From: Thalia democratica
Taxonomy: Eukaryota
Direction of reading: 5' to 3'
Assembly: GCA_965202585.1 (NCBI GenBank)
Contig: OZ241832.1
Span: 16,678,001 to 16,742,000 of the forward strand
DNA length: 64,000 nucleotides
The notes beneath the pieces were generated by a model that was given only the letters and a program-made list of their open reading frames with translations, was not told the DNA's origin and ran no database searches. Position numbers and translations under genes: made by a program. Shown one piece after another: positions 1-12,614 of this stretch. Position 1 is the first letter of the stretch; every line of letters starts with the position of its first letter.

Positions 1-965
1 TGATGAGTTTGTTCAAGGATAGCCAGTTGGTTTTTCATGTTTGTTGCAAATCGCTGATTTTGTAATTTTTCCAGGCGTTCGGTATTTTCAACCAGTTCCG
101 CATCAATTTGAAAAATACATTTTGTTAGACATTGTTTCTTGTTGTTAAATTCAGTTTCATAGAAATGTTTGTTTTCGTGTATAGTATCTAAAAACCTATC
201 AATATCAGAGTAGGTCCTGATACTCTGAACTAAATTTTTCCAAGTTTGATATGTTCTTTCAAGATTTCGTTCAAAATTGTAAAATTTTGGCTATAAAAAA
301 TTATACTTTTTATGTGAAAAAAAAAGAAAAACATTTAAATAAAAATTAATTAAAAAACAATTAAAACTACTAAAGTTATATAGATGTATATTTAAATATT
401 ATAATTTTAATTTAAAAGTTTTGACATAGAAATTCATTATAAGTATTGTGTGTAAAATATATAAAAACCCTACCATAAAATTGCATGAAATTTTACTAAT
501 CATAGCTTGCGTTTAGATTAGGCTGCTAAAAAATTCAAAAACGTTAAAATTATTAACGTAATTTAATTACTATGATAATTATATAAAATTTCGTATTATA
601 ACGAAATGAGCAATTAATGTTAACAGTATAACAAAATATTGAAGCCAAAAAACATTGATTTAAACTTTAGTTATTTACTAGGCTGAGCTGTATATAGTCC
701 TGTTGTGTGCTTTTTTATTGTTAATATATGCCAATCTAACTTAGCATATAGTTGTCTCAAACTTTATAAATTTGTTGTGAATATTTCAAAGTTTTACAAT
801 ATACTAAAAATTCATAACAAAATCAAAGTAAGTATTACAATTTCTCTATAATATATTATACATTTAAATACAATAAAGAACATATTGTAAATAAATTTAT
901 GAATAACTTACCTCACTCTCTCCATATGGATTCAAAACTGAATAATCTGATGATGAACTATCCAT
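1..965 (-). CDS. Coiled-coil (probably C-terminal RING) protein, 5' part only; exon 1 965-912, exon 2 290 to window edge
   Basis: Exon 1 reads MDSSSSDYSVLNPYGESE followed by GTAAGT. Exon 2 follows ttttttatag and reads PKFYNFERNLERTYQTWKNLVQSIR...ELVENTERLEKLQNQRFATNMKNQLAILEQTH, collinear with the 6290-7774 protein (same MDSS start, same phase-0 intron). The RING itself lies outside the window and is inferred from the paralogue. Confidence 0.85.
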
Positions 966-3900
966 TGCTTATTTTATTTATTTATAATATATCTAAATAA
1001 GAACAAAATTTTTTTGTATAGTGTTTGGAATTTAGAAATAAAAACTGCAGTTGTTAAAAAAAAAACAATTGAAACTTCTTTTAGTTTTGTTTTTATTAAA
1101 AAGTTTTTAATATAGTAAGTTTTATGGTAAAAAATTTAAGTAAAGAAAATAAGTCTAAACTAGTTTCAGTTAATTTAATATTATGTGTTCTAAAATGATA
1201 AATTGCAGTTATTAGATTTTAGATTGGAAGTATACAGCTAATAATATAGAAATATATTATCAGTATTAATATTTAAGATTCAAATAAGTGTTTAAATAAA
1301 CATATATAAATAGACTTCATCATTTACACTAAAATATAAGTTATATTTATTTAATATACTTCACGTAACCTTATTATATTGTTTAATAAAAAAATACTTT
1401 TAGTACAGCTTTCAACTATTTTAATAAAATATGTACTGAACAACCACACTGTACACTATAACTAAATTTAACCAAATAACTAAAAACAATTTCAAAAAGA
1501 ACGTTATAACAAACTTTAAAATAACAAATAACTTTATTTTTGGAACTACATCTTAAAGGTTTTGAATAAATTTTACTGCAATGACACTGTGGCTTGTTTA
1601 TATAGCTATATCTTAAAAATGTGAACGTGTTTCAGTTCAACTTGCTTTAAGGTTGACGGATTTCATAATATTCGATGTTTAACTTAATGGAACAACAGTG
1701 AAACTAATATTACATTACAATTTGAATAGTTTAAAAACTTATATATAAACATGAAGTTAAAACAAATTTAAATTATTAAAAAACTCTATAACCATATTTC
1801 GGTTTTTCGGAGTAAATAGTTAGCCTAAATATTTTCAGCAGTCTTTGAAAAATGTTCTTTAAAGAATTTCAAATCTCTGATATGTTGTTGGTTTGTAAGA
1901 CAATTCTTAAAATTTTCTACAAGCTCTACTTTTATTTAATCTAGAGAAATATTAAGAAAAAACAATTTTTATTTTAAAAATAATCGCTCAAACATCGTTT
2001 TAACACAAGTTTAGAAAATAAAAGTAGACACATAGTTCACAACTGTAAAAAAAATTAAAAAAAACGAACATTCTTATGAAGTTTGATATAAAGTATTAAG
2101 AATGAGCATATTTGATGTGGTTTTGAATTAAATAATTGAATTTAAATCAAAAACTAGTTTTACGATAATACAAAAAGCGTTTTTACTTACCTCATTTTCG
2201 TGAGTTTTACCTGAATCTTAATCAATTTAATTTAATAGTAATTCTTCTATTACTTATATGAATTAATTTTTAGTAAAATATTTATACTCATAGTAACATT
2301 TAATTCTTTTTACTAATATAATATTACTTAGTTGCTACTTTTATTGAATATAAAAAATATTTTAAACGTTTACAATAAACAAACTATAAAATTTTTATAT
2401 TTACGTTTGAGATTTTGTACATATTTAACAAATAAAATGATGAGTTTTATTAAAAGTAGTTTATTGAACAAAAACGAAAAATTGCTTAAAGTTTCTTAGT
2501 TCAAGAACGAGTAAAAGGTTAAATTACTAGTTTAATATTTGAAAATAAATATTAAAATTCATAGTGTTAAAAAAAAAAATTTCTAATAAAAAACTTAATG
2601 TTTAAAGTTAATGTACAATGTGCATTTTTTAGGGTAGCTATAAAAAATCCGACTTTTAAGTTTTCAGTTAAAGTTGTTTTACGTAAGGCAATTACCAACT
2701 AAATATTTTGCAGAATTTAAAAAGACTCGAAAACATCAATATACAAAACATGTTTAGTCTTATGAAAAAAATTCAGATATAATTTTTACTTGACCCTAAA
2801 AATGAGACCACAGAGTTTTTAACTAAATATTGTTTTTAATTAGTTAGTTATTTATTATATAAATTATGCAGATTTTAGAAGATTTAAATAAAATTTGACA
2901 GAGGAAAAAAAAATTCTAAAAAAAAAAACTACTGCAGATAAAACGTATTTCATCAAACAAATTTGATTTAATTCAACTTTTAGACTTGAAAAGTAATTAA
3001 ATCACTTATACATGTCCTTAACAAAAAGTTTTTATTTTAATTTATACTCTCAGTTATGCATTTTTAGACAATTTAATTGATTTTGATGCATTATGACAAA
3101 TCTAACGAAAATGCAAATTTTGTTTGTAAATTAATAAAAAAGTTTACAAAGTTACAACATTGGTTTTTAAAGATATATTTAACTAATTTAATTTAAAATT
3201 TAACATGTTATCTGGATTTTTAAACAATTTTTGAAAATAATTCCAGTTTTTCTGAATTTCTTCCAGGCTTATAAAAGAACGTGTTTTTTTTCTAACTTTA
3301 GTATAAAATTAATGTTAAATTAAAAAACTGTCTTTAAATTAAAAAAAAATACTTAGCTGCTATTATAAAAAGGTTTTAAACTACAAAAACAATAAATGAT
3401 AAAAAAGAAATAATTCATTAAATACAATAGATTTTTTTATCAAGTGAACTTTTGTTTATTTTAAATGTAAAAGTTCTCTAAATTCCAGATTTTCCTTTTC
3501 TTTGCTTTCAATATCTAGGTTTTTTTGTAATATTGTTTTATATACATTTTATTATAGATAAAGGCAAGTTATAGTAGAAGCCAGTGACAAACTATAAATA
3601 ATACAACTAAAATATGAAACAGTTGTTTTCAAAACCTATCATTAGTCAAAGTCTAAATGTTTGTAACATAAAAAGTTGAGTCGAAGTGTCAATCAGACTA
3701 CTATTAGGAAAAAATATTTTACAAAGTAAAGCATATACTTTATATAAAGGCTACGTTTAAAAACTTACTTTATCACTTATGACTGAAACCTTGGGTATGT
3801 ACAACTGAGTACCTCAGTAAAGTTAAACTTTAAAATAATACCACAAAACTAAAAATGCTGAATATGTAGCAATCTACTTTTTAGTAATCAAATTTATTTA

Positions 3901-4309
3901 TAAAAATGTTAACTTATAAATTCCATAGGAGAATAAAGGTAGTTTTCTTCTGAGGAAAATGTCTTTCAATTGTAATATTCAAGCTACCAGTTAATTTTTG
4001 GGTGTATTTGATATAGCAACTTTTGGGATATAGGTTATAAAGTTTTGACAAAGTATAGTATAAAGTTTAGAAAACTCGGAGGTAAAAACTAATAAAGTAA
4101 AAAAATACTTCAAAATATAGCTCTTTCTTCAGTTTGAAGCAAATTTTTTATACTTTTTTTTAGTCAAGGTAGCAACAGATTTAAAAAATATTTTTGGCAT
4201 TTTAAGTTCATGTTTACTGGCATTTCTACTTTACTCAAAAATTTCTGAAAAGGTAAATAGAGTGATAAGTTAAAAATTACTCATTTTATATAAAACTCAA
4301 ACGTATAAA

Positions 4310-4413
4310 ATTTTTGAGTATTAAGAGTTTTTTGAGTAATCTTATTGAAGAGGGTTATAGCTATTTTAAATTTCTTAAAGCAGGCTTTTTGAAAATAAGT
4401 TTGGGAAACCCTG
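4310..4413. mobile_element. Partial copy (right end) of the hAT-like MITE seen at 50928-51147
   Basis: gagggttatagctattttaaatttcttaaagcaggctttttgaaaataagtttgggaaaccctg aligns with ggaggggtcatagctatttcaatttttttaaaaggtccttttgaaaatatgtttgggaaaccacg at about 51085-51147. Confidence 0.5.
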
Positions 4414-6289
4414 ATTTACAATAATAACATATTTAAAAAAAATATTTATAATTTAAAGCTCTTTTTGTCATATATTTAGTGGTTTATTTTCCTAGTTTTC
4501 TTAAATTTTCTAGGTTTTCAGAAATTTTTCAAGATATTTCATTATTTTTCCAGGATAAAAGACAAAACTATTTTTGGCCATAGTTAAAAATAAATTGTTG
4601 TTAAGTTATCAAAAGTGTTTTTAGATGAATATAAATTACTTACAAGGCAATTTAAATACTTATATTGCTGGCAAAATTTTGTTTACTTCTATTGCACAAT
4701 GTACAACTTTTTTATCAATTTTTTTAAAGTTTTTCTTGTATGATTATTTAAAAGTTTACTATCTCTTAATTTCTAATTAAATAAAAAATGTTTTTGCATT
4801 ATGTTTTACAATAGAATATTAAGATTATTATTACTTTAGATAAGTATGTCCTGTAATATCATTACTTTTTTAATTTTGAAACTTTAATGAACTACAAAAC
4901 TAAACTTTATTGTCTTAAAATGTCTATACTTACTAGTAAGTTTTACAAAAAAATTGTAAAATTAAAACAAACATAGATCCAAGCTTTTCATTGATTTTCG
5001 TAAAATATCTTTTAAAAGATATTTTTTAAATACAATAATTTTTATAAATTTCTAGGTATTTTTCAAAGTTTTTAAAAACTATTTTTCTTTTTTTTATGGC
5101 TAATAATTTGGAATCCTGTTTTCTAAGGATTCCAAGTTTTTTGATAGATCTGTTAAAACATGAAAAGGTCATACCAAATCTAAATTGAAATATGACAAGT
5201 TTCAAATAGTCACATTACATAAACAAATTATGGTTAAAACTTTAAAATAAAATAACAACTTCACAAAGAAATATAACTTTAACTAAGGTTTTTAATTAAA
5301 ACAACTGTAAATAACAAATAAATAAAATGTTTAAAATGCATAAAACTTATCCTGAAATAACCATCAATATTAAGCTTTAGCTTTGCAGATAAAATTTAGG
5401 GCTATACTAAAGTTAAATTAAGAATTGAAATAAAAAAACTTACAAGTTATCATAAGAGAAAAGCCAGAATGTTAAAAGATCCAAATTAGGTTCATGAGCA
5501 AAAACATAAAATGGTAGTGATAAACTAGTTTTTTTAACATATAGATAAATCAAAATGTTTATAGATAATTCATATCAGAATTTGCATACGTTATAGTTTA
5601 AGGTATAAAAAACAGATTATAAAAAGTGTTTTAAAAGCTACTTTTAGACCAGCGTACAAAATACATATAGTTTCATAAATTTTAAAGGTTTGCGTTTTTA
5701 AATAAAAATCCTATTTTAAAAACAATGTTTTATTCTTATCTTTTTGTTAGTTAAGTATAATAAAAGAATTTTTAAAACTAGTTGTAATTTAAGATTAATC
5801 AAACTCATACACTTTAATTTGAAAACAAAATACTTGACGTCGATATTTATACAAACCAGTGTGATTAATAATAACAAACAAAAATTCATTATGATATTAT
5901 TTTTAATTTTAAAATTATTTTTCTTATTGCAGAGTAACATGAGTTCTGTTGTAGTACAAACAAGTGTAGTATATTTATATGGTAATGTTAATACTTAATT
6001 GGACTTAACTAATAATATTGATGATAATTTGATAACATAATTTTAGCTATCAACTGTTACTGATTACTACAATACATATTATTGTAACATATAAAAATAA
6101 TTTTATACTTAACATTTAAAAATAAATGTTCTGCAACAAATTTACTATATAAGATAAGTTTCTAATATAACTTTAAAAGTTACTATTATTTTTTGAAATC
6201 AACTGCAATCGAGTTTCTTTTAGCAAAACTATATACAAAAGTTAAACCTTTATTTTTACTTAGACATTGAATAGAATTATAAAAAAGCA

Positions 6290-7774
6290 ATGGATAGTTC
6301 ACTATCAAATATAGTTGATTCTGGTTTTTATGTAAATATAGAATGTGAGGTTAGTAAAATAAAATAATTGACAATAGTTTTTATAATATATTTTAATGTA
6401 TTAAGCATCTATTTGAAAAAAGAATTAAAACTTACTTACGTTTTTATTGTGCACGTTTTAGTATATTGTTAAATTATAAGTTAATAGTTTATCTTAAATG
6501 TTACACATTAATAAATTGTAATATAAGTTTATGTTAAGTTAGGTTCGCATATATATATGGTTAGTATAAACAAGATAAAACTTCGGCTACCATACAGCTA
6601 AGGCTAGTTTGTTACTAAAATTGAAATTAATAGTTTCTGTAATCCATATTCGGCTGTACTGTTAAAAATAGTTATCCTTTCAGTTTAAATTTACGTTAAT
6701 ATTACCAAGCAAGTTTATATGGCTCCTTTAAGTACCCTAAAAGGTATTGTGCTTTCTATAATAAAACTTATGTGCTTAATTTGTTTTAACTTTTCATATA
6801 TTTAAAACAGTATTTTTTGAATTTTTGTGAATTAAAATTTTATGAGTTTTATATCAGCTTAAACTAAATGTAAACTGCGCTCAGTAAACTTTCATACAGA
6901 TCAGATAACAAGGTTTTTTTTATGTTAAAATGCTTTCTTATATGCTTAACTTTTACATGCTAAAGCGTGCATAAATTTAAAGTAGACGTTAAAATATATG
7001 ACTTAAAATCACTACAACTTTAGTAGTTTGAAACGTTTTAAAATAAAACAAATTTAATATTGTTTAGTTTCATTTTAATTACTTGAAATATATAACAATT
7101 TGTTTTAGCTAAGTTGGAACAAGTTGAAAGAAAATCTTGAAAGGACGTATCAAACTTGGGAAAATTTACTTCAGGGTATTAGAAATATTTCTGATTGTGA
7201 ACAGTTTCAAAGGACTTTATTTCAAAACATTAATTTTTTTGATACTGAATTTGATAATAAGGAACAGTTTCTAACAAAAAATAAATCTGAAATCGATAAA
7301 GAACTGATTGAGAATAACGAACGCCTAGATGATTTGAAAAAGCAATACAATGCAACAAACATGATTAAGCAACTGGCTATCCTCCAACAAACTCAGAAGT
7401 TACAAGTAATTAGAAGAAGACGTACAAATATCAAGCAATCTGAAATTAAACTTTGGACGATTCAAAGGAAATATTGTCAAAAGGTAAGAGAAACAGTTGA
7501 ACTTCATACTAATATATTTTTGATTTTAGATCAGCAACAAAATGTTAACCAATCACAAGGCTTGTCTCAAGAAACAATTCAGACGTTCCATCTTTTTACA
7601 GCTGATGAGTCACATGTTGGTGATCAATGTAGTGTTTGTATGGAAGCCATAGACGTTGGTAGAAGAATGAGACGTCTCACTTGCGATGGACAGCATAGTT
7701 TTTGCCAGCAATGTATTGAACGATAGTTTGCTGAACACAACACATGTCCTCTCTGTAGGCATAAGTTTGATTAA
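6290..7774 (+). CDS. Coiled-coil + C-terminal RING-HC (C3HC4) E3 ligase-like gene, 2 exons (6290-6349, 7109-7774), interrupted by an in-frame TAG at 7724-7726 (nonsense allele or young pseudogene)
   Basis: ATG at 6290; 60-nt exon ending GAG|gttagt; acceptor tgttttag|CTA at 7109, in frame with ORF 7124-7726. The RING reads CSVC-x14-C-DGQ-H-SF-C-QQ-C-IER*FAEHNT-CPLC-RHKFD*, so the last two zinc ligands lie after the TAG. Confidence 0.85.
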
Positions 7775-9195
7775 AATTATTTTTACAACTATAAACGTTT
7801 TGTGTTTTAAATAGTTGTCATTGAAGTTCATTGTTATCAAATGTTTTAGCAATATTCTATTATCTTTTTATAAACTACATGATAAAATAATTTAAGTGTA
7901 TGTATTTTGTTTTTTACAAAATATTTTTGTTTAGGTTTGCCTTTTCTAAAGTCAAATGTATGTAAATTTGAACATATTGTCTTTTTTGTATTTCGGTTAG
8001 TGCATAAAAAACAAAATGTTTCAGTTAATAGCTAAAAAATGTTTTTGTATTTTTACAGTATAAAATTGTCTAAATTAGGTTATGTTCGACAGCTAGTTAG
8101 TTGTGTATTTATAATCTGTCCAGTTTTTAATTTTTTTTTCGGTTACTATTCGCTTTATATAAATAAAACTTGAACAACTGATTAAGAATTTTTCTTATCA
8201 AAATTTTGAGAAAAATTATTTTCATACAACTATTTAAATTTTTCACTTGATTTGTGTACTAAACTTTGTGTAAAAAATTATATTAAATATAATTTAGCTG
8301 TAAATACTAAAACTGTCTCTTCTTTTTTAAAGCAAGTCATCTTTAAAACTAAACTTGGATTTATGACAAGTTTGAAGTGGTAAGATATAATTTTATTTAC
8401 GTTCATCACAGACTTTAAAACAGGAATACATGTATAAACTTTTTAAGTGAGCAAGTCTTTCTCTTAAGTACTCACAAATCCGAAGTAAATATGAATATTA
8501 CTTTTAGACTGAATTAAAGTACTTAAACTCAAATAAAATTAAATAGAAAATTTTTTTTAAATATCAGACTAAAAACAATAATTTAATTTTTTTTAAACCA
8601 TCTCGTTTCAAAAACCGTTAAATTTCAACAAGTGTATTTAGGTTTTTCTTTTAATTTTAATCAATAGATAAAAATGTAATGTTCATTACAGTGGTCGTAA
8701 TTGACTTTTTTATTGTACAGAATATTCTGTATTATTTACATAAAATACATTTATCCAATAGAAAAGAAATCGGATACCGCCCTAAATGCAGTTCGCAAAT
8801 TAAAAATGTGAGGCTTACATTATAACACTTTTTTTAAAAACTTACATTAAGACTGTATTTAATATTCTTAAATTTCTTATGCTTAATTACAGTTGTTTTT
8901 TTTTACATTTTAAAATCATAAAATATATTTGATACTAATCAATTCAATTAATTTTTAAAAGTGCTCGAGCGGAACTTATTTTCTCTTTATAGCGAATTTT
9001 TCTTAGAAATGTAGCTTATAGTTTTGTAAATACAACTTTACTTGATTTAAGTGTCTTTTCGCTAAAAAAATGTAGAATAAAGGTAACCAAAATAATTTTA
9101 TAACAATTCCTTAACTGTTATAACAATTATTCTTTAATAATTATAGTTCCAACTTTAATATCTCTACAATCTAGTTTACTTCTTGCAAGAGATGT

Positions 9196-9467
9196 AAAAG
9201 GGTTGTTCATACCAATTCGATCATCAGACCACAACCTTTGGTAGACCGAGACCTATTTATCATTGCTAACAAATGGTTGCTACATGTGAAAAGTTGAAGA
9301 CTGCAAGTTTGTCGGTTGTGACTGACTGATGAGTCCTAATAAAGACGATCCGGTCTCGGTCTACTGAATCTTGTGGTCTAGTGATCAAATTGGTATGGTC
9401 AACCCTTTTGTAAACTTGAGCTTGTCTCACAGCATACGAAAGTCTAGGCTTCTGCTCTGCAGACTTT
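9196..9467. other. GC-enriched structured element: long imperfect inverted repeat (arms 9196-9253 and 9352-9409) plus a 3' stem-loop (9439-9467); candidate structured RNA or non-autonomous element
   Basis: Hand pairing of the 58-nt arms gives 49 Watson-Crick pairs, 4 G-U and 5 mismatches with no gaps, around a 98-nt loop. An AAAGTCT...AGACTTT stem follows. A diverged copy lies at about 25278-25430. Confidence 0.7.
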
Positions 9468-9749
9468 TGCCGTTGTTTTTGTCGACTGCAAGATACATAT
9501 GTGTAGATAAATTTCACAAAAATTTATAACTTACAAGATAATAGATACCTACTTAATAAATACGCATGTTAAAACCGAATGGTTATAGAGAAAAAGCGCA
9601 CTTTAAGTTTTAATAAAATTATAAAATAAATACAAATTACTTAAAAGATATAAGATGTAACCATAGAAGACGTTAAATCCTGGAGATCCTGATAAGCTAA
9701 GCTTATCGGAATATATACCACAGATGTTTTTGTGTCAAAACTTTATTCC

Positions 9750-9803
9750 GACTAACGGCGTTTCACTGCTCTCAAATACATTTAAGAACAGATCTACGGA
9801 GTC
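9750..9803 (-). ncRNA. Degenerate type I hammerhead-like motif (possible Penelope pLTR remnant)
   Basis: Minus strand GACU-CCGUAGA-U-[CUGUUCUUAAAU/AUUUGAGAGCAG]-U-GAAAC-GCC-GUU-AGUC, then AAUAAA. Stems I, II and III are in hammerhead order, but the core CUGANGA has 2 substitutions. Confidence 0.4.
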
Positions 9804-11558
9804 TCAAGCTTTTTTGCGGCCTGCCGACTCAAGGTTTAAAGTGATGTTTTTAGTATAAGACAAATAAATATATTTCATTTGACGGCTACATTAATACACC
9901 ATACCATACAAATTAATGCATGTTTCGTAAAAATTCTGTAAATATCATGATAATTTTTTTATCAAAAAATTTTTTACATTTCTAATCATGACGTTATGAA
10001 ATTTTGATCGCGTCCGAAAACTTTAATAAAATATTAGCGTCCAACATAAAACACAAATTTAAAACTTGTAATATTTCAATCCAACGAATAAATTTGGTTG
10101 ATAATGGCTCGGAAAAAGAAAAGCAAGTCTGCCAAAACACCTTTGGCGAGCGGTTTTTTAAGTTATTTCAATTTGTATTGTTAATTTTGTTTATTATATT
10201 TATATTGAATCAGTTAACAAACTATTGTTATAGATTTCAGAAGTTTATTGTTAGTTACATAAGTCAAAATGCAAGTTTGATACAAAATTGTTAGGAACTC
10301 GCATTTACTTAAGTTTATAAAAAACTAAAAAAGGTTTCTACACATCTTAATTTAATGCTACTAATGAATTAATTAGTAATTACCTGAACATGCTTTAAAA
10401 TTTTTGACAAAGTCCAAAGTGACAAGCAAAAATGTAACTGAAAAAATGCAAATTAATTTGAAAAATTAATGATTATGTAAGTTTTTTATAACTTATTTTC
10501 ACTTTACAAATATTTATATTCTCTGTAACTGACAATAGTTAAAAATTTACAGACTGCAAAAAATGAAACAACTTCTCTTGAGCTACAAAGCATAGATAAA
10601 AATCTTAAGTGAGTAAGATATAGTTTGTATATAAATTTTATTCACCAATTAATTACGCAAGAGTCTACGAGTGAAAAAATACATAAAAAATAGTTTTAGT
10701 ATGACAAAGTGTAAAATATTTTGTTCTAACTATTTCTTAGTACAAACTTGAAACTTATTTTTTTTTAAAAACAAACTTTAACATTTTAAAAATGATGCAT
10801 ATAATATACGTAATTATTAATGAATGAACATAAAGTACAAAAGTTTCATAACAACTATAAAGTTTACTTTATTACAGAAACGCTTAAAACTAACAAACAA
10901 ATTTCATTATGAAAAAATTAATTTAGTTTAAACAAAACTTTGTACTTATTTAAAACGTGGTAGTTATTAAAAACTAAGATAAATTTTGTACTAAACTTAC
11001 TTTAAATATTTACAGGAAAAAGTCCGAAAAGCCGGTTTTTGGAGTAAGCTTTGTTGATTTTTATATACAAAAGATCTATATCTTGTGTTTTATATGGTAA
11101 AAATATATATGTCAGTTTAATGCAAATTAAGCAAAACAATATTAAAAAAGCTTTATATTAATATTTGCTAATAATAATTTAATTATAGAAAGGTTGTTTA
11201 AGAAGTATTAGAATGACGTAACGTGCTGAAAAAAAAAGTGAGTATAAATCAAAATAATAAACAAATATAAAAACAATATCAAAATAAAATAAAACATAAT
11301 CTAAACTATTTGTGTTTTTGTTCATTAGTTAAGTATAACTTTTTACATAAAAAGAAGTCTTAATTAAAAAACAAAATGTATTAAATGTTTTTATTTTATT
11401 TTTAATAGCAAAATACCTGTTAAACATTGTTTAATTTTGTTTTTTCATTAAACTGTTAATAAATAATATAATTAAGCAATAACTATCAATCAACATCCAT
11501 TTATATTAACAGATCGGATTTGGTATTAATATTCTTCTGCAAGTCGAAATCGTTTAAT

Positions 11559-12614
11559 TGAAACATTTGATGGACACCTTAATTTCTAAAAACAAAAAAT
11601 ATACAAAAGTTAAAAAAAAAACTTTCTAAAAGCAAAAGTGTTATAAAATTACTATTTAGTATGAGCTACTGCTAATTTAAAATTAAACTGTTGTTAATAA
11701 ATGAGTTATTCTTGCTCGTCTTGTAAAACTATGTTCAACCTCAAAACAAAATGGTTCACCTTGGAGATTCTGACCCGCGTACTGTAGTTTTATGAAAGTT
11801 TTTATTGAATTTACTAAGAAAGCGGACCCACGTTTTCTGTTTTATTTAATGAATTTTTAGATTTGAAAAGCTTATTTGAGTAAGAAATAATAAACAAAAC
11901 CGTTTATAACAAAGTATAATAGTTTTAATTGCTTTACTTTGAAACAAATCAATTTTTTTTCAGTTGTAATAAATTAGGGATTAGCAACTTTCGGTTAGCA
12001 GAGCTGATCTAGCCTACACAGTAGAAATCTTTAGCCCGCAACGTATTTTTAGCAGGAATACAACTAAATTTATAAAAACAAGTATAACTGAGCTTTATTG
12101 AAATAAATACTTTGAATTAAATTTGCTGTAATTTACGAAGACTTCTTAAAGAAATTCGGGCTGCGAAAATCTCTTTCTGATAAATCAAACCTCGAAATTT
12201 AAAAAAGATCTTATTCTTATTATAAACCAATCGTTTTGTATAACATTAAGCATAAATAACTCTATAATGCTATTTGAAATTAATGCTTTAGCAGGAAGTT
12301 TCAAAAACTATTAAAATTTTTACCTCTATGTTATGACGTAATATAGCAAAGTTAAAAGTTCATTTAAGTTATGAAACATTTGATGGACACCTTAATTTCT
12401 AAAAACAAAAAATATACAAAAGTTAAAAAAAAAACTTTCTAAAAGCAAAAGTGTTATAAAATTACTATTTAGTATGAGCTACTGCTAATTTAAAATTAAA
12501 CTGTTGTTAATAAATGAGTTATTCTTGCTCGTCTTGTAAAACTATGTTCAACCTCAAAACAAAATGGTTCACCTTGGAGATTCTGACCCGCGTACTGTAG
12601 TTTTATGAAAGTTT
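11559..12614. repeat. Apparently identical 243-bp direct repeat (11559-11801 and 12372-12614) flanking a unique 570-bp spacer
   Basis: Both copies run tgaaacatttgatggacacc...gacccgcgtactgtagttttatgaaagttt; no difference found by eye. Confidence 0.9.

Noticed and set aside
5935-5981. Possible small upstream exon (gcag|...|gtaatg) before the RING gene
   Set aside because: Splice-like signals only; no counterpart seen at the paralogue, so it cannot be distinguished from chance.
7611-7621. CTGATGAGTC hammerhead-like words at 7611 and about 62580
   Set aside because: They encode ADES/VDES within the RING-family coding frame; no stem II or GAAA follows.
9196-9467. Identification as 7SK, U3, U4, SRP or C/D snoRNA, or as an active hammerhead
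   Set aside because: Only isolated motifs match (paired GAUC, UGAUGA...CUGA); spacing and other boxes do not. The hammerhead-like core lacks GAAA and has G at the cleavage position.
9266-9517. 83-aa minus-strand ORF
   Set aside because: No domain resemblance; explained by locally higher GC in the hairpin element.
11559-12614. TRIM/LTR retroelement
   Set aside because: No terminal CA, PBS, PPT or TSD.
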